In this document: positions 1 through 6,947 of the stretch, piece after piece
Layout of the letters: the number at the start of each line of letters is the position of its first letter
Position numbering within the stretch: the stretch's first letter is position 1
NCBI RefSeq assembly: GCF_006345805.1
Contig: NW_021829025.1
Coordinates: 1 to 7,001 of the forward strand
Origin: Octopus sinensis
Lineage: Eukaryota
Direction: 5' to 3'
Length of the DNA: 7,001 nucleotides
Position numbers and translations under genes: made by a program
Notes under the pieces: model-generated
What the model was told of the DNA's origin: nothing
What the model saw: only the letters and a program-made list of their open reading frames with translations
Database searches by the model: none

Positions 1-133
1 AGGAAGAAGAAAGAAAGAAAGACAGAAAGAAGGAAGGAAATGCTACGTCTTTAAGTGATAGACCTATTTTCTTGCTTCCTACGTAGACTTCTTTTTTCAT
101 AGATCTGGTTTTGATTCAAACATTGTTTCTTTG

Positions 134-207
134 TAATAATAATCATAATAATAATAATAATAATAATATAATAATAATAATAATATAATAATAATATAAT
201 ATGTTAT

Positions 208-246
<39 letters not shown>

Positions 247-336
247 TAATATAATAATAATAATAATAATGATGATGATGATGATGATGAGGATGATGAT
301 GATTATAATATTAATAATAACAATAATGTTGATAAC

Positions 337-401
<65 letters not shown>

Positions 402-408
402 TAATAAT
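134..408. repeat. (AAT)n microsatellite with an internal (GAT)n block at about 271-303; probable (ATT)n 3' tail of the adjacent minus-strand SINE
   Basis: Direct reading of the repeat; it abuts the SINE 3' end at 409. Confidence 0.95.
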
Positions 409-735
409 CCTTTCTATTGTAGGCACAAGGCCTGAAATTCGATGGGAGGGGAATAGTCGATTACATCGACCCCATAGTTTCACTGGTACTTAATTTATCG
501 ATCGTGAAGGAATGAAAGGCAAAGTCGACCTCGACGGAATTTGAACTCTGAACGTAACGGCAGACGAAATACCTATTTTTTACTGCCCGCAAGGGGCTAC
601 ACACAGAGTGGACAAACAAGGACAGACAAAGGGATTAAGTCGATTACATCGACCCCAGTGCGTAACTGGTACTAATTTCATCGACCCCGAAAGGGTGAAA
701 GGCAAAGTGCAAACGATTCTGCCCGCTCCCCGCTT
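409..735 (-). mobile_element. tRNA-derived SINE (Octopus-type) with an internal partial tandem duplication
   Basis: Minus strand has an A-box-like GGGCAGAATCG (plus 714-724) and a B box GTTCAAATTCC (plus 536-546). A 71-bp segment occurs twice (455-525, 638-708). A homologous copy lies at 1353-1545. The (ATT)n tail follows. Family assignment is from recall. Confidence 0.8.
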
Positions 736-736
736 T

Positions 737-761
737 AACAACCACAACAACAACAACAACC

Positions 762-836
<75 letters not shown>

Positions 837-905
837 ATATTAGTATTATATTATTATTATTATTTTATTCATTATTATTATTATTATTATTATTATATTA
901 TTATA
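737..905. repeat. (AAC)n/(AAT)n tract switching to (TTA)n; perfect 68-bp palindrome at 762-829
   Basis: Base-by-base pairing around the centre 795/796 holds from 762 to 829. Confidence 0.95.
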
Positions 906-907
906 TA

Positions 908-1155
908 CTTAAACAACCCTTATTCAGGGACCTTTTGAGCGGGATGGGTTACTTGACGAGAAGAAAATTCTAGCGTGGCCCCCACCTGCAAGTCATGTGC
1001 TGTTTATCTTGATATGAGATCACCATGTCGCGCACATATGGTTGTGATGCATGTGCCTAGTGTACCCTTATCTGATGGGTAGTCATGATGGGTATACTGG
1101 GCTTAGTATATTTTACCCCAGTGTCACTTTGATGGCATGCACTGCTTTTTCACTT
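908..1155 (+). mobile_element. 5'-truncated 3' end of a LINE-like element ending in (AAT)n; possibly Dong/R4 clade
   Basis: GC-richer non-simple segment ending ...GGCATGCACTGCTTTTTCACTT directly into (AAT)n. It resembles a common Octopus repeat end as I recall it. Clade and orientation are inferred, and no RT coding sequence is present. Confidence 0.45.
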
Positions 1156-1174
1156 AATAATAATAATAATAATG

Positions 1175-1229
<55 letters not shown>

Positions 1230-1292
1230 GATTATAATAATAATAATAATAATAACAATAATAATAAATAATAATAAATAATAATAATAATA

Positions 1293-1350
<58 letters not shown>
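1156..1350. repeat. (AAT)n microsatellite
   Basis: Direct reading. Confidence 0.97.
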
Positions 1351-1352
<2 letters not shown>

Positions 1353-1545
1353 GGTTTCAAATTTTGCCACAAGGTCAGCAAGTCCGATGCGGGGTCAAGC
1401 CGACAACATGCATTGCAGTGTTCGACTGATGCATGTTTTTATTGACACCAGAAGGTGTCAATAAAAAAGCAAAGACACCTTCGCCGAAATTTGAATTCAG
1501 AATGCCAGAACGGACGAAAATGCCGCGTAGCATTTAGTTATAGGC
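1353..1545 (-). mobile_element. Degenerate copy of the same SINE family as 409-735
   Basis: In-window homology: 1366-1384 vs 423-440, and 1468-1523 (AGCAAAGACACCTTCGCCGAAATTTGAATTCAGAATG...GACGAAAATGC) vs 518-572. The B box is decayed (plus 1486-1496). Confidence 0.7.
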
Positions 1546-2000
1546 GGTCTCGTCATCGATATCTTCTCTCTAATGCCGGCCTACTTGTTCCTCCTCCTTC
1601 TTTCTTGGCTAAGTTCCTCGAGCAACAACACGAGCTCTTCTCCATTTTATATTTTCCGTGGAACTCTCTCTTGTCGCTCTCCTCATAAGAAGTGCAACTT
1701 CAGAAAAGCAATGGCTGTTGCTGTTTTTTGGTGCTATCGTGGTTAATTTTTCCATTCTTTTTTTATTTCATGATTATCTCAAATTATCTCTTGTTGTAAC
1801 TTGTGTATTTCTGAGCTTTGAATTATCATGTTTCTTTTTTTTATTTTGCTTGTTTATATTTGAAAAATTTAATGGGGCTTCTTGGCGGTTAGCATCACTG
1901 TGACTAGCTCTCCCGCCCTCTGTTAACCATTTTGGAACGAAATAACTATGAATGACTATTTGTTTGTACACACACACGCCCATGCATAACAATATGTATT

Positions 2001-2030
2001 TATATATATATATATATATATATATACATA
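2001..2030. repeat. (TA)n microsatellite
   Basis: Direct reading. Similar short tracts occur at 2350-2390, 2671-2695 and 3264-3281. Confidence 0.95.
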
Positions 2031-2250
2031 AATATAAGTGGGGATTTTACCACTATGTGGAAACCCTTAGGTTAGAAGAAGATCCGCTATAGTCTTAACC
2101 ACCAAGAATTGTTCTCTAGAAAATTTAGCAAACGCCAGAAACGTAAGCGTTGCTCAATTTTCTAGAGTACAATTTTTGGTGGTTAAGACCATTGCAGATC
2201 TTCTTCTAGCATAAGGGTTTCCACATAGTCGTAAAATTTCCTCTTATATT
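2031..2250. mobile_element. Fold-back / MITE-like element: about 105-bp inverted arms with an 11-nt loop
   Basis: 2031-2135 aligns to the reverse complement of 2147-2250 with 12 mismatches and 1 gap. The loop is 2136-2146. Both ends sit in TATA (a TA duplication is possible). The inverted repeat is certain; the MITE label is inferred. Confidence 0.75.
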
Positions 2251-2346
2251 ATTAGGTAATAAATACTATTTTTTTAGTCTCAGTATTTTATATGCTAGAC
2301 CACTAGTGTTAAAATTGATGTTCAAATTAATATCCATTTTTCCACA

Positions 2347-2391
<45 letters not shown>

Positions 2392-2462
2392 AGAAATTAA
2401 AGAAGGAAAATGCTCACACTTCCCATAGTTTTAATATCATTTTTTATATATTTTATACTGTT

Positions 2463-2495
2463 TGTCGACCGGTTTCGCTTTCGCTTATCATGACA
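2463..2495 (-). ncRNA. Degenerate minimal type-I hammerhead ribozyme motif (Penelope-like-element type), predicted inactive
   Basis: Minus strand reads UGUC-AUGAUAA-GC-GAAA-GC-GAAA-C-CG-G-UC-GACA: 4-bp stem I, a 7-nt core matching 5/7 of CUGAUGA, G-C closed stem II with a GNRA loop, GAAA, palindromic ACCGGU stem III, and a GUC triplet. Confidence 0.6.
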
Positions 2496-2919
2496 TCAAA
2501 ATTTATTTAAATACGTATTTTCTTAAGAAAAATACTTTGTCCATGTTGAGTGGTCGTTTCTGAATGAATGATTCAACAAGTAGAAAAATCTAAGGGGAAG
2601 TAATAGGTTGTGGCTATTTTTGTGGACAGTGGGGGGGGGGGACAATTGTTCATCTTTCAGTGGGAGTGGGATATATATATATTATATATATATATCACAC
2701 AAAAATTCAAACTCTAGAGTAGTGAGGAGAAATATGTACAGTGGTAGCTATGTAATTGTGAATTAAAATATTAGAGATCAAATTTGGTTAGACGTGCAGG
2801 TTTAGAAGTGTTCTGTAATTTTCGATGAAAAACATTTTCTTTATTTAAACGTTCTTTTATAGAAATGGTATCTTTGCATTGGTAGAAGGGGGAAATTGTG
2901 AAATTTCGTTTGATGTTAC

Positions 2920-3191
2920 CTGCATATCTCTCTATGTTTTCACTTAAAGGAATCTGGCTGTATTGCGGAAACCGGATCTGCTCTTTCTGTAGAGTTGTTC
3001 TCCGTCTCAATATCATACATATAGTAATAACAACAATAATCCTTCGACGGGATTTATAAACATGTGATGCATCGCTACGCGTGTTTCCACAAGTATTGTC
3101 TCTTATAATCACAGTCCGTATTCCTGGGATGTTTACAGTGTAGGCCGTAGTATTCGTAGGCATCAGGTACTTCATCTTCATGGATTCATTT
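2920..3191 (-). CDS. Weak candidate coding exon or decayed exon; product not recognised
   Basis: Lies in the only non-repeat ORF longer than 100 aa (2771-3181). It has a strong donor GCAG|GTAAC (2920/2919) and a branch-like CACTAAT about 18 nt upstream of a weak AAG acceptor (3192/3191). The 272 nt are open in one frame. No known domain is recognised. Confidence 0.2.
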
Positions 3192-3314
3192 CTTCAGGCG
3201 ATATAACATTAGTGGATGTTTACCAGAGAGTATACATATGTATATGAATATACATTTACGTAGATATATATATATATATATTTAAATAATATGTAAGGCT
3301 TATTTTCAATTTTA

Positions 3315-3471
3315 CAACCGAAGGGCAGAAATATAGACATCACTAAGGTGACAAAGGGCGTTATTGCTAGAAATAAGAGTTAAAAGAACTCAATAGCCAC
3401 GGAAAGCACTATCTTAATGATTCATTAGTGCCCTGTATCACTTTAGTGACGTCTATATTTCTGCCTTTGTG
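3315..3471. mobile_element. Small MITE-like non-autonomous DNA transposon with about 39-bp TIRs, flanked by TA
   Basis: 3321-3359 matches the reverse complement of 3430-3468 at 34/39. TA is present at 3313-3314 and 3472-3473. The outermost bases of the right end are imperfect. Confidence 0.7.
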
Positions 3472-3804
3472 TACGTTTATATAGTATATGGAATTTATAC
3501 ATTAATTTCCTTTATATTTAACATTCACTGTTAATATCCCTACTCTTGCTGTAAGCTACTTCTGACGTTATATCATATAACGTTTTTTCAAACAATATTA
3601 ATAGCGTTCAGTTCATTACTACATATCCATCATTTTTGCTAAACTGTCTTATTGACGAGTTTCGTTTTTTCACTTTCCTGAAGACAAGATTACATTGTTT
3701 ATACCATTTATTCTTTCGAATTATATATCAGTGGAATTTTCGAAGCATGTGTCGAAAGTAAAAATATTTTATTTATACCTGCGTTAAACTCCATTTATTT
3801 ATTC

Positions 3805-3871
<67 letters not shown>

Positions 3872-4101
3872 TCATACATAGACATACAGATACATATGCA
3901 TACATATATATTATATATATCTATATAATAACATATATACATACATACAAATATATATATATATATATATATAATATACATACATATATACATACATGCA
4001 TATACACATATACATATATACATATATACATAGATATACATACAATATATACACATACATATACATGCATACATATATATACGCGTACACATACACACAC
4101 A
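3805..4101. repeat. Compound (TA)n/(TACA)n/(CA)n microsatellite
   Basis: Direct reading. Confidence 0.97.
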
Positions 4102-4399
4102 CAAATGCCACCGATGTTGGTTTTTGCGTGTAATCCTCCGCTGTCTTTAGAATAAGTCACCAATGTAATACTGTGCACAGTGTGGTGGATTAAAATCCCC
4201 TTCCCCTTATCTTGATCCTTAATTAAAAGCAATTATGAATAAAAACTTTAATAATATAACTATGATGATGATGATATTGCTGGTGATCATGACGATGGTG
4301 AGAAGCAGGAGATGGAAGAGGGTGGTGTGGTAGTGGTGGTGGTGGCGATTTTCATTATGAGGAAGATGATGACAAAATGACAAAAACAACGACGATGTT

Positions 4400-4512
4400 G
4401 ATAATGATGATGATGATGATCATCATCATCGTCATCATCGTCGTCATCGTCATCGCACCATCATCATCATTATCATCATAATGATGACGACGACGACGAC
4501 GACGACGATGAC

Positions 4513-4562
<50 letters not shown>

Positions 4563-4570
4563 CGACGATG
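4400..4570. repeat. (GAT)n-(CAT)n-(GAC/GAT)n compound microsatellite with two strand inversions
   Basis: GAT to 4420, CAT/CGT at 4421-4479, GAT/GAC at 4481-4570. Perfect 22-bp palindrome at 4409-4430. Confidence 0.93.
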
Positions 4571-5095
4571 GTGTTGTTGATACTCACTCATATTTCCATT
4601 TCCGCTTTGTTTTTTCCCCCCTTTTTTGTGTATTTTAATATTTTTAATGCATTTTTTATTTATATTGATATTTACTTTTTTATCTTCCTTCGTAACTTTC
4701 CTGCGAAATAGTTAAAATTTTGTGTTTTCTTCAAATTTTTGTTCTTAGTTTTTAAAAAATCAGATTTAAAAAACACGAGAAACAAATAAAACAAAAGAAA
4801 ACAATATAAATAAATATTTTAATTTTTCTTAATTAAATCAATCAATTTTTTTCTAACAATTAATATTTTTGTCCAAATATTTACAAAGGTTATTATAAAT
4901 ATTGTGCAAGAAAAATGGAAATGTCATCGTATTTCTTTCTCGAGTATTTAATTATTTTTATTAGAAGCTAATTACCAGTAATCATCATTAAATTTATTTC
5001 TTCGCTGAACATTTTAATTCTGTACATAATAACATTACAGAAAATTATTACAGTGTTTCATTCATATTTATATCTTTCGCCTTCATTTTTTTTTC

Positions 5096-5730
5096 ATTCA
5101 TTTTCTCTAGCTCTTTCTTTTTCTCTCATTCATTCCTTCTGGCTGTTTCTTTCTTTTTCATTCATCCTCTCTAGCTCTTTCTTTCTCTCTCATTCATTCT
5201 CTCTAGCTCTCTCTTTTTCTATCATTCATTCTCTCTTGCTCTTTCTCTCTCATTCACCGTTTCTAGCTCTTTCTTTCTCTCTCATTCACCCTTTCTAGTT
5301 TCTTTCTCTCTCATACATTCCCTCTCGCTCTTTCTTTCTCTCTCAGTCATTCTCTCTCACGCTTTCTTTCTCTCTCATTCACCCCTCTAGCCTTTTCTTT
5401 GTCTCTCAGCCATTCTCTTTCGCTTTTCTTTCTCTCTCAGTCATTCTCTCTCACTCTTTCTTTCTCTCTCATTCACCCCCTCTAGCTCTATCTTTCTCTC
5501 TTATTCATTCTCTCTCGCTCTTTCTTTCTCTCTCATTCATTCTCTCTCGTTCTTTCTTCCTCTCTCATTCACCCCCTCTAGCTCTTTCTTTCTCTCTTAT
5601 TCATTCTCTCTCACTCTTTCTTTCTCTCTCATTCATTCTTTCTCACACTTTCTTTCTCTCTCATTCATTCTCTCTCGCTCTTTCTTTATCTCTCATTCAT
5701 TCTCTCTCGCTCTTTCTTTCTCTATCATTC
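5096..5730. repeat. 32-bp pyrimidine-rich minisatellite, about 20 units, consensus ATTCATTCTCTCTCGCTCTTTCTTTCTCTCTC
   Basis: Unit starts at 5096, 5128, 5160, 5192, 5224, 5252, 5284, 5313, 5345, 5377, 5408, 5439, 5471, 5503, 5535, 5567, 5599, 5631, 5663, 5695, and a partial unit at 5727. Confidence 0.95.
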
Positions 5731-5870
5731 AGGACTTATTCTTTGTAGCCTAGTACTAATTCTATCGTCTGTTTTGCCGAATCACTTATGTTACGGGGAC
5801 GTCAGCACACCCCCATCGGTTGTCAAGCGATGTTGGGGGGTACAAATACAGACACACAAACATATACACA
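5730..5870 (-). mobile_element. Body/3' portion of an Octopus-type SINE, with the terminal tail missing
   Basis: CAGGACTTATTCTTTGTAGCCTAGTACT...ACGGGGACGT...ATCGGTTGTCAAGCGATGTTGGGGGG...CAGACACAC matches, from recall, the half of the SINE that follows its internal CA/TA microsatellite. Not verified by search. Confidence 0.6.
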
Positions 5871-6030
5871 CATACTATATATATATATATACTTATATAC
5901 ATACACATACTACTTATATATATAGTTATATTATAACTATATATATATTCATCCATATATAAACATGTCTATATATATATATATATCTATATATATATAT
6001 ATATATAATATATACATCCATATACATACA
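5871..6030. repeat. (TA)n/(TACA)n low-complexity tract (expanded internal microsatellite of the SINE)
   Basis: Direct reading; it lies between the two SINE halves. Confidence 0.9.
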
Positions 6031-6274
6031 ATAGAGAGATGTTTTTGTTTCACTTTTAACACGTAATACTCGACTATAGTGGAGAAGATATGATATTGCT
6101 GTGGGCTCGCCCATGGCAAAAAGTAAAAAGGTTTTTCTGCCGATGACACTCCCCGGACCCTACGTAAGGCATGTGTAAAATTTGAATGAAATTGATTGTG
6201 TAGTTCTCAAGCTTTAGGGAAACACACAGGCAGACAGACAGACAGACACACGTTCTCAGTTTTATATATATAGA
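6031..6274 (-). mobile_element. Non-autonomous Helitron-like (Lep1-type architecture) fragment; left boundary uncertain
   Basis: Minus strand starts TCTATATATATAAAACTGAGAACGTGTG followed by (TCTG)4 (plus 6231-6246), that is a 5'-TC terminus with a subterminal tetranucleotide microsatellite. A hairpin lies at 6097-6118. No canonical 3' CTRR end was found. Confidence 0.45.
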
Positions 6275-6275
6275 C

Positions 6276-6442
6276 ATACGACGAGCTTCTTTCAGTTTCC
6301 GTCTAACAAATCCACTCACAAGGCTTTGGTTGGCCCTTGGCTATAGTAGAAGAGACTTGCCCAAGGTGCTATGCAGTGGGACTGAACCCGGAACCATGTG
6401 GTTGGTAAGCAAGCTACTTACCACACAGCAACACGTGCGCCT
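6276..6442 (-). mobile_element. tRNA-derived SINE head with Pol III boxes and a CORE-like motif
   Basis: Minus strand has an A-box-like TTGCTGTGTGG (plus 6421-6431), a B-box-like GGTTCAGTCCC (plus 6378-6388), then ACCTTGGGCAAGT (plus 6355-6367), which resembles the CORE domain of MIR/CORE-SINEs. Confidence 0.85.
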
Positions 6443-6947
6443 ATATATGAAAACAAAGAATAACCAATACAGCAAACTGTTGGACAAGTTGTATTAAATG
6501 AACAATATAACATGCAGATAGAGGTTTCCAAAAATCTTCAGTGAGAATCCGAAAAAAAACTTTTGACTAAACCTGGTGGCAAGTGAACTTGTTATTCAAA
6601 AATACTCTCGAAACACAACGTTGAATCGACTACATTAATCGCTATTTTCATTCATCACGGCTTTTAATTCTTTCATTCTGTCTTTATTTCATTCATTTTT
6701 CTATAGTCTTTCCTTCCTTATTTCATTCTCTCTTCCTTCATTTGACCCTTTATATTTTACATTCTATCGTATCAATGTTTTCATTTCGCCGCCATCTTTG
6801 GATAAACTCCCATCAAAATATGGCGGTTTGAGGTTTCATTCTTTTTCTCTGTTTCTTCTTCGTGACTTTCTTTTTTTCCTTCATCCCTTTTTATCTCCTT
6901 TATTCCTCTTTTTCCTTCTTATTTTCACCTGTTTTTATCTGTCTTAG

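Noticed and set aside
97-1370. ORFs 97-483, 269-493, 608-832 and 1113-1370 (poly-I/M/N/Y/L)
   Set aside because: They are translations of AAT/GAT microsatellites and SINE sequence. Stop-free frames are expected in such repeats.
1455-1992. ORFs 1455-1688, 1658-1903 and 1774-1992, and a possible minus-strand exon near 1583-1697
   Set aside because: They are short, overlapping on both strands and partly SINE-derived or T-rich. The splice signals are weak and no domain is recognisable.
2631-2670. G11 run plus two GGG tracts as a G-quadruplex
   Set aside because: It needs a roughly 20-nt loop, homopolymer length is error-prone, and there is no supporting context.
3165-3197. CTGAAGA on the minus strand as a hammerhead core (also CTGAAGA on plus at 3678-3684)
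   Set aside because: Neither is followed by a G-C closed stem II, GAAA and a paired stem III.
3565-3583. 8-bp AT-rich hairpin ACGTTATA-TCA-TATAACGT
   Set aside because: Short enough to arise by chance in AT-rich DNA.
3645-3685. Second hammerhead-like remnant on the minus strand (GAAAC-TC-GTC with GTCTT/AAGAC arms)
   Set aside because: There is no CUGANGA-like core at the right spacing, stem I is out of register, and stem III is not palindromic.
4105-4160. Faint similarity to the SINE body at 5731-5825 (ACCGATG..., TAGAATAAGT)
   Set aside because: Too short and divergent to call, and the adjacent microsatellite is in the wrong orientation.
3799-4711. ORFs rich in Y/I/C/M/V, poly-His/Arg or poly-Met/Thr, and an acidic stretch at 4261-4380
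   Set aside because: All derive from TA/TACA or GAT/CAT/GGT microsatellites and their decayed edges.
5096-5730. CRISPR-like array interpretation of the regular 32-bp period (or of the 455/638 repeat pair)
   Set aside because: The units are contiguous low-complexity repeats without unique spacers, there are no cas genes, and the context is eukaryotic.
5053-6319. ORFs 5053-5298, 5774-5962, 5926-6114, 5949-6149 and 6074-6319
   Set aside because: They are read-throughs of the minisatellite, TA repeats and TE fragments.
6370-6442. Functional tRNA gene
   Set aside because: A and B boxes are present, but I could not fold a full cloverleaf, and the sequence runs directly into the SINE CORE-like body.
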